A stretch of DNA of 64,000 nt from a bacterium (GTDB taxonomy: Bacteria > Patescibacteriota > Minisyncoccia > Moranbacterales > DUUL01): contig JABGXP010000014.1 in the NCBI GenBank assembly GCA_018675685.1, positions 81,288 to 145,287 of the forward strand, written 5' to 3'. Every line of letters starts with the position of its first letter. Position 1 is the stretch's first letter. Position numbers and translations under genes: made by a program. The notes below the pieces were generated by a model, which was not told the DNA's origin, made no database searches, and was given only the letters and a program-made list of their open reading frames with translations. Shown in pieces: positions 27,951 to 37,040 of this stretch.

Positions 27951-30650
27951 CTAAAGTGAGATCCTTAGAATATCACCATTTTTAGTGCTAATAAATGCTC
28001 GATCCTGTTTTTCATTGACCCAGAAGTGTTCAGCATCTATGAATTTTTCACTGAATTTTTTCACTGTCTCCGATTGATTGCTCTTTAAAATCTTCATAAG
28101 AACCCCGTTTTTTGAGTCCAAAGAATATATATTACTTGGTTGAGACCTAGTTTCGATATCGACAATTCTTGTCTCTTCATAATCATCATTTTTTGCAGAG
28201 AAAGAAGTTTTTAATTTTCCTTCAAAGTATTGTTGAATTTCTCCGTTTTCAGATGCCACCAAAAGTGAATCATCAACCGCTAAGTCAATTGCTGCTGAAA
28301 AGAATTGTTGGTTCGGTATCCTGATTTTATAATTATGAAAACCTCCTGGTTTGCGAGGAAATTGATAGATATTCTTTGAATTATTATCAAGAATATAAAG
28401 ATATTGGAGATAAACCCCAGCTCCTCCAATGGCAAGATTGTTAGGGAGTTTAATATCAACATCTGTAAAGCGATTTGTTACGGGGCTATAAGAAAAAACA
28501 CGCTTTTCTGAAATAAGGAAGACCAGTCTAAGGGTCGGCATAGATACAAGTGTTTTGGTTTCTTTCATATCATTCTTAAGAGGGACTTCTTTCAAATTAT
28601 TATTGGTGATGTCTAATCGGAAGAATTTTCCTGAAGCTGTGAGGATGAATAATTCGTCCTTATCTCCAGTTAAAGCTTTAATCTCCTCATTAACAGCTGC
28701 TATTGTTGTTGTTTCTGTCTCACTTTCGGAACCTCCTCTTTTTTGATCATTTATTATCTCGGTAGTTGAGGTTTCATTGAAAGCTTTATTTCCAATTAAT
28801 TTAGACAAAAATGAGAATAAGAAAATCAACGCCAAGAGAGAAATCGTGCCTATAAGAATTATTTTTTTGTATTTTCTTGTAAGCAAAACAAACTTTCTCT
28901 TGAGTCTCCCCAAATCTTTTTGTTTTGAGATTGCTATAACAGAGGTAATTGAACTCGTCATGGCATCTCGAAAAGAAGTTTTTATTTGTGTATCAGTTGG
29001 TTTTGTACTTTCGCTGGCAATGTTATTTCCCTTCCCGATTCTCTTCTCTCCAGAGACAAGAGAATTAATCTTAGCATGCATAGCTGTGTAGAGCTCCTTG
29101 ATTTTTTCTGTCAATTTAAGGAATATAGACTTTAGCTCATTCAGAATCCTTTGAAAATCAATTAAATCAAGTTTCTCTTTCACTTTTTTTAAATAGACGC
29201 CAATGGTTCTTCGAACACTCTTGGCTTGTTTTTCTTTAAATGTAGACTCTTCTTTTTTTCGTATCTCTCCATTTTTTACACGCATAAACTCTCTTTCTTT
29301 ACGAATCGTTTCTTTTTCTGCCTCCATTTTTTCTTGCTCCTCTAGTTCTTTCGATGGTTCAATGGGGTAGGATATGCTGTTATTGAAAGAGAGGTCTTTT
29401 ATGTTGTCATCTGATTTCCCAAGCTTAATTTTCGAAATTAAAGGGATTGAACTTGCTGAAATATTGTTATTTTTTTTCAAATCCTCAAGAGTTTTTTTGG
29501 CTTTATTTAAAATAGAATTAAAGCTCTTCTCATTGGTGTCGTCAATTTCCTTCATTTCAAGAACTTCTTTATTCCCATCAGCTTCTTTAATAAAAAGTTC
29601 CGGTTGCTCTTCAAACGGAGAAATAGGAGATGATCCCACAGTTTTGTTTTTTTGTTCCGTAGGCGCAGTTGGTTTGTTCGGAATATTCACTGCCCCTTTC
29701 TTTGCCTTTTTAGACAATTCTATTTCTCCGTCTCTTGTCTTTTTTGGTATTAATGAGGAGATTGGGGCCTCTGTCGTGATACTAACTTCTTTGTCTTTGG
29801 TATTTTTAGTCTCCTGTTCTATGTTTTTTAGTGAGCGGCATCTTTTGCCTAGAGAGGTCTTTGGAGTGAACGCTTCACTTTCTCCAAAAAAATTAAGCTT
29901 TGCGAGATCTTTTTCTTTTGGAGCCGAAGTCACGCTTTTCTCTTTGATGTTAGTGATAACAACCCCCACATCCTCTCCCTCTAAGTCCAAAGTTGATTTG
30001 AGAATATTATCAAATTCACTGGAAGTAAAGGTTTTTGTGTGGCGAGTGATTTCCTCCCAAGAAAGGGAGTCAAAAAGTTTCTTTGTTGAAAAAATAAGTT
30101 TATCTCCAATTGAGAGTTCACCATAAGAAATATCAGAAAATGTTTTCACAGGGTGCACGTTTTTTTCCTCATTTAACCCCTTTGATATTTCAGCAATTTT
30201 TTTATTCTTGGAGAGAAAAATTTGTCCATTCCCAAGCTTAGTAAAATGGAGTTCATTTCCGCTGATAACTCCAATAACAGCATCTAAATTATTGATCCAG
30301 TTTGTTATTTCATGTTGAGCAAGATCCTCTAATGCCAGGTTGATCTTATTAAGGGCACTTCCAAAACTTTCCTCTGTTCCCCTGTTTGGTTTTAAGAAGA
30401 ATTCTCGCTTAATCACCTGGGAAAGAAGATTCGGAAGATAGGCGGATCCTTCTGAGTTGTCATTACTTCTGATTATACCAAAAAGGTCTCCCAATTTACG
30501 TTGGGCTGGATTCTCTCCCTCAAAATGAAAAGTGTTTGAAAATGGTTGCAAAGCTTTATCTTTACAGACCGCCACCAAGAAGGAATCTAATTCAATTTCA
30601 ATTTTAGATTTTTTTTCTTTAATATTGTTGTGCATAGCAAAATATTTCAA
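27951..30650 (-). CDS. large (899 aa) membrane protein with an N-terminal cytoplasmic domain, a low-complexity/coiled-coil linker, one TM, and an extracytoplasmic beta-rich domain
   Basis: Long intact ORF with a TM at IILIGTISLLALIFLFSFL, a K/E-rich coiled-coil middle section, and a repetitive beta-strand-like C-terminus. Confidence 0.5.
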   Translation of the reverse strand: MKYFAMHNNIKEKKSKIEIELDSFLVAVCKDKALQPFSNTFHFEGENPAQRKLGDLFGIIRSNDNSEGSAYLPNLLSQVIKREFFLKPNRGTEESFGSALNKINLALEDLAQHEITNWINNLDAVIGVISGNELHFTKLGNGQIFLSKNKKIAEISKGLNEEKNVHPVKTFSDISYGELSIGDKLIFSTKKLFDSLSWEEITRHTKTFTSSEFDNILKSTLDLEGEDVGVVITNIKEKSVTSAPKEKDLAKLNFFGESEAFTPKTSLGKRCRSLKNIEQETKNTKDKEVSITTEAPISSLIPKKTRDGEIELSKKAKKGAVNIPNKPTAPTEQKNKTVGSSPISPFEEQPELFIKEADGNKEVLEMKEIDDTNEKSFNSILNKAKKTLEDLKKNNNISASSIPLISKIKLGKSDDNIKDLSFNNSISYPIEPSKELEEQEKMEAEKETIRKEREFMRVKNGEIRKKEESTFKEKQAKSVRRTIGVYLKKVKEKLDLIDFQRILNELKSIFLKLTEKIKELYTAMHAKINSLVSGEKRIGKGNNIASESTKPTDTQIKTSFRDAMTSSITSVIAISKQKDLGRLKRKFVLLTRKYKKIILIGTISLLALIFLFSFLSKLIGNKAFNETSTTEIINDQKRGGSESETETTTIAAVNEEIKALTGDKDELFILTASGKFFRLDITNNNLKEVPLKNDMKETKTLVSMPTLRLVFLISEKRVFSYSPVTNRFTDVDIKLPNNLAIGGAGVYLQYLYILDNNSKNIYQFPRKPGGFHNYKIRIPNQQFFSAAIDLAVDDSLLVASENGEIQQYFEGKLKTSFSAKNDDYEETRIVDIETRSQPSNIYSLDSKNGVLMKILKSNQSETVKKFSEKFIDAEHFWVNEKQDRAFISTKNGDILRISL

Positions 30651-30735
30651 GGAGACAACCAGTCTCCACGATATCGCTTTTCTTCTTTATTATAAAGCAA
30701 CTCTATTTTTTGTGCAAAGAAAAGAGGATAAAGTT

Positions 30736-30909
30736 ATGTTAAAGAATTTCAAAAAAGACGGTTTGCTAAATTTTAGCAAACCGTCTGTTCCAATTGAGAG
30801 TAAAATGTACAAGGTGGAACCTCCGATTGAATTAGAGTATTGCTCTGGGTGCACGTTTTTTCCAGTTCCATGGAAAAACGTTGAATTGGTCGCCAAACAT
30901 AATCATTAA
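30736..30909 (+). CDS. small (57 aa) hypothetical ORF with a CxxC pair
   Basis: An AAGAGGA Shine-Dalgarno lies 6 nt upstream of ATG 30736. It overlaps the minus-strand small ORF, so at most one of the two is likely real. Confidence 0.2.
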   Translation: MLKNFKKDGLLNFSKPSVPIESKMYKVEPPIELEYCSGCTFFPVPWKNVELVAKHNH

Positions 30910-31032
30910 TCCAGCAATAAATGTGGTGAAAAAACTGCAAATACAGCAAGAGGCAAGAAAAAGAGCCTCTCCAGTTCCGTGGCTACGGTTTGCTTGGCAA
31001 ATTTTTTCCAACGAAGGTTGATACTGTTCCAT
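30832..31032 (-). CDS. small (66 aa) membrane protein, hypothetical
   Basis: An AGGAG Shine-Dalgarno lies 7 nt upstream of the ATG, and there is a hydrophobic segment LFLASCCICSFFTTFIAGLMIMF. Its 3' end overlaps a plus-strand small ORF. Confidence 0.25.
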   Translation of the reverse strand: MEQYQPSLEKICQANRSHGTGEALFLASCCICSFFTTFIAGLMIMFGDQFNVFPWNWKKRAPRAIL

Positions 31033-31105
31033 AAGATATCTCCTCTTCTTTTGATTGAAAGAATCAAGCTATTAACAGTTTTAATTATATGCTAAGTAAA
31101 AAGAT

Positions 31106-31134
31106 TTGACAAATATTTGGAGCTGTCATACAAT
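31106..31134 (+). promoter_or_regulatory. hrcA operon promoter: TTGACA, 17 nt, TACAAT
   Basis: TTGACA at 31106-31111, 17-nt spacer, TACAAT at 31129-31134. Confidence 0.55.
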
Positions 31135-31138
31135 GATA

Positions 31139-31165
31139 TTAGCAGTCGATGGGGTAGAGTGCTAA
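31139..31165 (+). promoter_or_regulatory. CIRCE operator (HrcA binding site) TTAGCAGTC-N9-GAGTGCTAA
   Basis: It matches the CIRCE consensus TTAGCACTC-N9-GAGTGCTAA with one mismatch. It sits immediately after the -10 and 23 nt upstream of the hrcA ATG. Confidence 0.75.
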
Positions 31166-31187
31166 ATAACGAATTAACAAAAAATAG

Positions 31188-31958
31188 ATGCTTTCAGACA
31201 GACAAGGAAAAATTCTAGCGTTAATCGTTCAAGAGTACACAAGATCGGCAGTCCCAGTCAGCAGCTCTTCTATTATGAAGGCTTTTAGAGAAAATATTTC
31301 TTCAGCAACAATTCGAAATGAAATGTTCGAACTTGAGAGAATAGGGTTTCTATTGAAACCACATGTTTCAGCAGGTAGAACACCATCAGACGCTGGATAT
31401 CGATACTTTATTGACAATCTTTTGAAAAATCGCAAACTCACACAAGATGATCAAAAGACGTTGCAAGTCGAGATGCTAAAGTTGAAAGCGCAAAATACGA
31501 GACTTTCAAGAACTCTTGCAAAAACACTCTCAACAACATCAAGATGCATGGCTTTGTCAGGAATGATTGAAAAAAAGGACTATTATGATTTTGGAATGCA
31601 CACATTGATGGATGATCCAGAATTCAACGAACTCGATGAAGTTTCGCGAATTGCTGCCTCACTTGACGTGATTGATGAGAAAATGGAGAAACTTCTAGAC
31701 CACCTAGAAGACGGAGAAATAAGAATATTCATCGGAGAAGAGAATCCAATTGAAGAGATTCGTAAATGTTCCATGATTATTTCACCATATCGACTGGAAA
31801 ACGGTGAACGAGGAGTCTTGGCGATTATTGGCCCTAAAAGGATGGAATATGGAAAGAACAAGAATTTAATTGATTTTGTAAGTGGATTCTTCAGTAATAA
31901 AAGCACAAAAGCTTTCTTCATAACAGCGACAACAGCGAATTTAGTTAACTTAATTTAG
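31188..31958 (+). CDS. hrcA: heat-inducible transcription repressor HrcA
   Basis: N-terminal winged helix (ILALIVQEYTRSAVPVSSSSI...SSATIRNEMFELERIGFL) and the HrcA C-terminal domain. A CIRCE operator lies upstream and grpE/dnaK downstream. Confidence 0.85.
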   Translation: MLSDRQGKILALIVQEYTRSAVPVSSSSIMKAFRENISSATIRNEMFELERIGFLLKPHVSAGRTPSDAGYRYFIDNLLKNRKLTQDDQKTLQVEMLKLKAQNTRLSRTLAKTLSTTSRCMALSGMIEKKDYYDFGMHTLMDDPEFNELDEVSRIAASLDVIDEKMEKLLDHLEDGEIRIFIGEENPIEEIRKCSMIISPYRLENGERGVLAIIGPKRMEYGKNKNLIDFVSGFFSNKSTKAFFITATTANLVNLI

Positions 31959-32023
31959 CAAAGCTTAGAGCCCAAGCGCATATCAATAGAATAAGCAGGA
32001 TTAATAAAAAAAATAAAATAGCG

Positions 32024-32956
32024 ATGATGAACTTAGGGAGAAAAATTAAAAATAAGCAACAAACCGAAGATAAGATGAAAAAAGATAATTTTGATTTTGA
32101 AAACAGTAGTATACGACCGATGGCAATTACAGTGAAGATTGTAGTTTTAAACTCCGATCAGAAAGTTCTTCTCTTAAAAAGGAGCAAAAAGTCTTTGAAT
32201 CCGAAGAAATGGGACTTGCCGGGTGGGCATATCGACGAAGGAGAGTCTATAGAAGAAACAATCAAGAGAGAGGTCTTGGAAGAAACAGGGCTTTCTGTAG
32301 AGATTGGGCCAATCATCAACGTAGTTGAGTTTGCCAAGGATCACAAGGCATTTAAAGAGGAAAAAAGAGGTTTGCGATATATTGCACTAACAACTGATAC
32401 GGAAGTTGTACTAAACGAGGACGAGCATTCAGAATTCAAATGGCTTTCCTTTGATGAAGCAATTGCTAGCTTGGAAGACAAGGGGTTTGAAGGGGAGAAA
32501 AAACAAACCATCAAAGAAGCGAAAAATCGAATGGAACTCGAAAAATCATTAAATGGTTGGCACAGAACACTAGCCGAGTTTGATAATTTTAAAAAGAGAA
32601 CTGAAAAATCAAATGATGAATTCCGAAAATTTTGCCTCGAAAACTTTATCATGGAACTTTTACCAGTAATTGACAACTTTGAAATGGCAACGCAGCATAT
32701 TCCGACAGAACAACAGGAAGAGGGATGGGTTGTGGGCGTGATGCATATTAAAAATCAACTACTTGGAGTTTTGGAGGCTAATGGAGTGACAGAAGTTCCC
32801 ACCGCAAAAGGAGATGATGTAAATGAATCGATCCATGAGATACTGAAAGCTTCAGAAAAAAAAGATGGTGAAGGCGGAAAGGTTAAGAAGGTTTTGAAGA
32901 AGGGGTATCAAATCGAAAAGCGGATAATTCGACCAGCGACCATTGAAGTAGAATGA
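32024..32956 (+). CDS. grpE: fusion protein: N-terminal Nudix hydrolase domain plus C-terminal GrpE nucleotide-exchange factor
   Basis: A perfect Nudix box GGHIDEGESIEETIKREVLEETGL (Gx5Ex7REUxEExGU) at residues ~67-90. From residue ~165 the GrpE core appears: AEFDNFKKRTEK...LLPVIDNFEMA...GVMHIKNQLLGVLEANGVTEV...GYQIEKRIIRPATIEV. The reading frame is uninterrupted. Confidence 0.8.
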   Translation: MMNLGRKIKNKQQTEDKMKKDNFDFENSSIRPMAITVKIVVLNSDQKVLLLKRSKKSLNPKKWDLPGGHIDEGESIEETIKREVLEETGLSVEIGPIINVVEFAKDHKAFKEEKRGLRYIALTTDTEVVLNEDEHSEFKWLSFDEAIASLEDKGFEGEKKQTIKEAKNRMELEKSLNGWHRTLAEFDNFKKRTEKSNDEFRKFCLENFIMELLPVIDNFEMATQHIPTEQQEEGWVVGVMHIKNQLLGVLEANGVTEVPTAKGDDVNESIHEILKASEKKDGEGGKVKKVLKKGYQIEKRIIRPATIEVE

Positions 32957-33105
32957 TAAGTTGCATTGAAATGAAAGACGAATAAATAGTTTGAGTGCAT
33001 ATCTTGGTGATATTTCTTGTCGCCAAGGATATGGATTTAAAATAAGGGAGGGACAACCCCTGTAAAAATAGATCCAATTTTAATAAGTTAAGTGAAAATA
33101 AAGTT

Positions 33106-35049
33106 ATGGGAAAAATCCTAGGAATCGATTTAGGAACAACCAACTCTGCGATGGCTATCGTGGAAGGCGGAACTCCTGAGATCGTAGAAAACAAAGAAGG
33201 GAACAGAACAACTCCTTCAGTAGTCGCGATTAATAAAGGTGGTGAAAGATTAGTAGGTCTTTTAGCAAAAAGGCAAGCTGTGACAAATCATGAGAATACA
33301 ATCTATTCAGCAAAACGTTTGATTGGGCGAAAGTTTTCAGATGCAGAGGTAAAGGAAACTGCTACAAAACTTCCTTTTAAAATTACTTCAGGTAAAAATG
33401 AAGCCGTTAATATCACAATGAACGGAAAAGCATACCGACCAGCTGAAATTTCAGCAATGGTTTTGCAGAAATTAAAAGCTGATGCAGAGGAAAAACTCGG
33501 AGAAAAAATCGAAGAAGCTGTGATTACAGTTCCTGCATATTTTGACGATGCTCAAAGAAAAGCGACAAAAGATGCTGGAGAAATTGCTGGGCTCAAGGTG
33601 ATGCGAATCATCAATGAACCAACAGCTGCAGCACTTGCGTATGGTTTTAACAAGAAAAAAGACGAAAAAATTGCTGTCTATGATCTTGGAGGAGGAACTT
33701 TCGATATTTCAATTTTGGAAGTTGCTGAAGACACTGTGGAAGTTAAAGCTACAAATGGTGATACTTATCTTGGTGGAGATGATTTTGATGAAAAAATCAT
33801 AACTTGGATTCTAGATGAATTCAAGAAAGCAGAAGGAATTGATCTTTCAAAAGATCCACTTGCTCTTCAGAGAATCAAAGAATCTGCTGAGAAAGCGAAA
33901 ATTGAACTTTCAACAGCACAAGAAAGTGAAATCAACCAACCATTTATCACTTCAGGTGATGATGGACCAAAACATCTTGTGATGAAAATTTCAAGAGCTA
34001 AATTGGAAGAACTAGTAGGAGATTTAGTAGACAAAACACTTGAACCAGTGAAAAAGGCATTGGCTGACGCAAAATTCAAAGCAGCTGATATCAATGAAAT
34101 TGTGATGGTTGGAGGAATGACAAGAATGCCATTGGTTTTGAAGAGAGTAGAAGAATTCTTTGGAAAGAAACCATCGACCAGTGTTAATCCAGATGAAGTT
34201 GTGGCAATGGGTGCTGCAATTCAGGGTGGAGTTCTTCAAGGCGATGTCAAAGATGTATTGTTACTTGATGTGACACCACTTACTCTTGGAATTGAAACAA
34301 TGGGTGGAGTTTTAACACCACTTATTGAACGAAATACTACAATTCCAACAACAAAGTCACAAATATTTTCAACTGCAGCTGATAATCAACCTGGTGTTGA
34401 AATTCATGTTTTGCAGGGTGAACGAAAAATGGCTGCAGACAGCAAACCACTTGGAAGATTTATGTTGGATGGAATTCCACCAGCACCAAGAGGAGTGCCA
34501 CAAGTTGAAGTTTCTTTCGACATCGATGCAAATGGAATCTTGAATGTAAAAGCAATTGACAAAGCAACAAATAAAGAGCAATCAATTCGTATTGAAGCTT
34601 CAAGCGGAATGTCTGAGGAAGAGATTGAGAAAATGAAAAAGGATGCTGAACTGCATGCTGAAGAAGACAAAAAGAAAGCTGAGGAAATTGAAATAAAGAA
34701 CACAGCTGATGCAATCGTTCATTCGACCGAAAAAACTTTTAAAGAGGTTGGAGACAAGATTTCTGATGACAAGAAAAAACCAGTTGAAGAAAAGCTTGAA
34801 GCCTTGAAAAAAATAAAAGATGGTGATGACTTTGAGGCAATCAAAAAAGCTTCTGAAGAGCTTTCAACTGAGGCTCAGAAAATTGGCGAAGAGATGTATA
34901 AAGCAGCTCAAGAAGCAGAAGCAGCTAAAGCAGCACCTGAAGGAGAAGAGAAAAAAGAAGAGGGTGATGTAAAAGAGGCTGAAGTTGAAGAAAAAGAAGA
35001 AGAAAAGAAGGAAGAGAAGAAAGACGAAAAAGAAGAAGAAAAGAAATAG
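33106..35049 (+). CDS. dnaK: molecular chaperone DnaK (Hsp70) with a K/E-rich C-terminal tail
   Basis: GIDLGTTNS and all Hsp70 signatures are present. The C-terminus ends [20 protein letters not shown]. Confidence 0.95.
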   Translation: MGKILGIDLGTTNSAMAIVEGGTPEIVENKEGNRTTPSVVAINKGGERLVGLLAKRQAVTNHENTIYSAKRLIGRKFSDAEVKETATKLPFKITSGKNEAVNITMNGKAYRPAEISAMVLQKLKADAEEKLGEKIEEAVITVPAYFDDAQRKATKDAGEIAGLKVMRIINEPTAAALAYGFNKKKDEKIAVYDLGGGTFDISILEVAEDTVEVKATNGDTYLGGDDFDEKIITWILDEFKKAEGIDLSKDPLALQRIKESAEKAKIELSTAQESEINQPFITSGDDGPKHLVMKISRAKLEELVGDLVDKTLEPVKKALADAKFKAADINEIVMVGGMTRMPLVLKRVEEFFGKKPSTSVNPDEVVAMGAAIQGGVLQGDVKDVLLLDVTPLTLGIETMGGVLTPLIERNTTIPTTKSQIFSTAADNQPGVEIHVLQGERKMAADSKPLGRFMLDGIPPAPRGVPQVEVSFDIDANGILNVKAIDKATNKEQSIRIEASSGMSEEEIEKMKKDAELHAEEDKKKAEEIEIKNTADAIVHSTEKTFKEVGDKISDDKKKPVEEKLEALKKIKDGDDFEAIKKASEELSTEAQKIGEEMYKAAQEAEAAKAAPEGEEKKEEGDVKEAEVEEKEEEKKEEKKDEKEEEKK

Positions 35050-35064
35050 TTCGGTTCTAGATAG

Positions 35065-35096
35065 ACGGGGGGCATCAGAGTGCCCCCCGTTTGTTC
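35065..35096 (+). terminator. intrinsic terminator after dnaK
   Basis: ACGGGGGGCA-tcagag-TGCCCCCCGT GC-rich hairpin followed by TTGTTC. Confidence 0.6.
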
Positions 35097-35137
35097 TAAA
35101 GAGGAACTTTATTGAATTAAGGACTGAGGAGAACATA

Positions 35138-35169
35138 GTCATTACATATGTAAGTACACATGTAATGAC
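35138..35169. promoter_or_regulatory. 10-bp perfect inverted repeat GTCATTACAT-N12-ATGTAATGAC upstream of the 35286 gene
   Basis: Seen directly in the sequence; a possible operator. Confidence 0.25.
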
Positions 35170-35285
35170 ATCACAACCTAGATAAAATTTAAGTACAAAA
35201 TCTTTCAAGTCAAAGATGAACACATGTAGTGTTAATTTACAAAAAGGGAATAAAACTAAATTAAAAATAATTAAACCCCAATAAA

Positions 35286-35591
35286 ATGAACCAAAACCAA
35301 CAACCCCAAGCGGGTCAACAACAAATCCAGATCAAAGCCAATGATGAGGATTTGAAGGGGAAGTATTCAAACACAGTCCAGATGATGCACACTAAAGAGG
35401 AATTTGTTTTAGATTTTTTGAATATCTTCCCTCCAACAGGCACACTCAATTCACGTGTGATTGTTTCTCCTTCACATTTCAAAAGAATGACTGCTGCAAT
35501 GAGCGACAATTTGAAGAAATATGAAGAGAAGTTCGGAAAGATCAAGGACGTGAAAGGGGAGGAAAGTGGAAAAATGGGATTTGTGGGATAG
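35286..35591 (+). CDS. small conserved hypothetical protein (resembles the DUF3467 family)
   Basis: 101-aa ORF with a Q/N-rich N-terminus. The core motif SNTVQMMHTKEEFVLDFLNIFPP recalls DUF3467 proteins; this comes from memory of the family, not from a search. Confidence 0.35.
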   Translation: MNQNQQPQAGQQQIQIKANDEDLKGKYSNTVQMMHTKEEFVLDFLNIFPPTGTLNSRVIVSPSHFKRMTAAMSDNLKKYEEKFGKIKDVKGEESGKMGFVG

Positions 35592-35618
35592 GAAAAAACT
35601 AAAAACGCCGAGTTAGTC

Positions 35619-35652
35619 AACTGCGCAATTTTTTAATTGGGCAGTTTTTTTA
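35619..35652 (+). terminator. intrinsic terminator
   Basis: AACTGCGCAATT-tttt-AATTGGGCAGTT (one mismatch) followed by TTTTTTATTT. Confidence 0.5.
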
Positions 35653-35747
35653 TTTGCTAAAAAGATGAAAACGTTGTATCATCTGAAGTTGGAATTTTAG
35701 ATTTTAACGAGTACTTATTTTAAATATTTTTTTTACGGGGGTGTATC

Positions 35748-36450
35748 ATGATGGGGGGCAATCAAGAACGTGTTTGGAAACCAGTTTTTGAAATCGACAC
35801 AAGTAAAGAACCTTTTTTAACTCAAAGGATGCCAAAACCAGGAGTCTTGCATGAACTTTTTCGTTTGATGTTAAACCTAAGAGTAGTTCATTACGTTACT
35901 GATGATTTTTTGGAAGAATACAGTCCATCATTGGCAATGTTGGCAAAGGTTGAAGTTAGCAGGGGTTTCAATGTCTTTGTTAAAAAAAATTACCAGCAAG
36001 AAAAGAGTTGCAGAAACACTCAGACTTTTGCGGAAAGGAGTTATTGCTAAAGCAGTCTTTGAAGCCGATGGGTACTTCCAGGATGTCTCGTTCTGCTTTG
36101 GGTCATTTTGTTTTCACGCTGGACCTGATGATATGGATGGACGGGAAAAGGTGCTTGCAAACGACATCAAAATCTTTGACGGAGTGGAGATTGTCTTTGA
36201 TTACGAGCGTTGGAAGAACGGATCCCATTTGTCATGGGGCGTTGAACTTTCCTTTGGGTGGGCAAACACTCTTGAACTTGGGTGTAAAGGCTCAATACGA
36301 GCAGATTCAAGGGAAGATACCATCAATGCATTGTTGGCGTATCTGAAAGAGGGGAAGAAGCACATTAAACCTCGCTTTCAAAAGGATCGCAAAAAACTGA
36401 TTGAGGCATTGAATCGGTTCGGGGATTCATATTGGTATTTCAAAATTTGA
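35748..36450 (+). pseudogene. unknown-function gene (~234 aa if intact) interrupted by a frameshift at an A8 homopolymer (35982-35989); GC-richer than its surroundings
   Basis: Track ORFs 35748..36050 (frame 0) and 35902..36450 (frame +1) overlap. Deleting one A from the A8 run fuses them into one continuous ORF (..SRGFNVFVKK/ITSKKRVAETL..). A GGGGGTG Shine-Dalgarno lies 7 nt upstream of ATG 35748. Confidence 0.5.
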
Positions 36451-36471
36451 GCAGTAAGCGCAAATGCGCGA

Positions 36472-36510
36472 GAAGACTTGGTCTAATTTAGATCAAGTCT
36501 TCTTAATTTA
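36472..36510 (+). terminator. intrinsic terminator after the frameshifted gene
   Basis: GAAGACTTG-N14-CAAGTCTTC perfect 9-bp stem followed by TTAATTTA. Confidence 0.45.
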
Positions 36511-36522
36511 CAGATAACAAAA

Positions 36523-36556
36523 AACAGGACCCTTTGAAATTTCAAAGTGTCCTGTT
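36523..36556. terminator. 34-nt near-perfect palindrome (stem ~17 bp, one mismatch) between convergent genes
   Basis: AACAGGACCCTTTGAAAT|TTCAAAGTGTCCTGTT. It is a likely terminator for the minus-strand gene ending at 36619, or a protein-binding palindrome. Confidence 0.4.
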
Positions 36557-36618
36557 TAGAAGAGATGAGAGAATTATTTTTTACACAAGTCCATTTTAGG
36601 TTCTTTCCCCACTAAATT

Positions 36619-36885
36619 TTAGCCTTGCATTGCATCTTTGATGATCTCCACAGTACCTTCATTCGAGATTTTTTCCAAGAGATTACGTAGTTGCTTTTCC
36701 AAATAGCTGGTTTCGGAAAAGATCATATCGACTAGGTGTTGTGGATCAACATCCCTGCCAAGTCCTATCTCCTGAATATAATCCTTAGTAGCTCCACTTA
36801 ATTTTTGCGTAGAAATAGCAGTTATTACAACCAACTTTGTAAGATCCGAAATGACCGTTGCTTGTTTTTTGAGCTTGCTATCCAT
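36619..36885 (-). CDS. small hypothetical protein (88 aa from the internal ATG; the track ORF extends to 36936)
   Basis: ORF only. No family recognised. Confidence 0.3.
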   Translation of the reverse strand: MDSKLKKQATVISDLTKLVVITAISTQKLSGATKDYIQEIGLGRDVDPQHLVDMIFSETSYLEKQLRNLLEKISNEGTVEIIKDAMQG

Positions 36886-37040
36886 GACCCCATCCCTCCC
36901 TTTTTGGTGTACGCAATAATGTGCACGAAAATTCAAACTAAAAAGTGCTATTGAATGATTTATTTATATACCATATAACAAGATTTGTCAATAGAATAAA
37001 ATGAAGAAGCTATTACCTAGTAAAGAGGTTTTTCTCTATC

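Noticed and set aside
29374-30126. 250-aa plus-strand ORF antisense to the 899-aa gene
   Set aside because: A low-complexity S/F/L-rich translation of the antisense of a K/E-rich coding region, with no Shine-Dalgarno. This is a typical mirror artefact.
30532-30735. Upstream extension of the 125-aa plus-strand ORF overlapping the start of the 899-aa gene
   Set aside because: The only Shine-Dalgarno-supported start is ATG 30736. The extension overlaps the 5' end of the large minus-strand gene.
33003-33030. Imperfect inverted repeat CTTGGTGA-N9-TCGCCAAG between the grpE fusion gene and dnaK as a second HrcA site or terminator
   Set aside because: It does not resemble CIRCE and is not followed by a T-run. 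It is kept only as an unexplained weak stem-loop.
36008-36346. Third overlapping ORF (frame +2) in the frameshift region
   Set aside because: It lies entirely within the longer frame +1 ORF and is not connected by the A8 shift. It is most likely a spurious alternative-frame ORF in GC-richer DNA.
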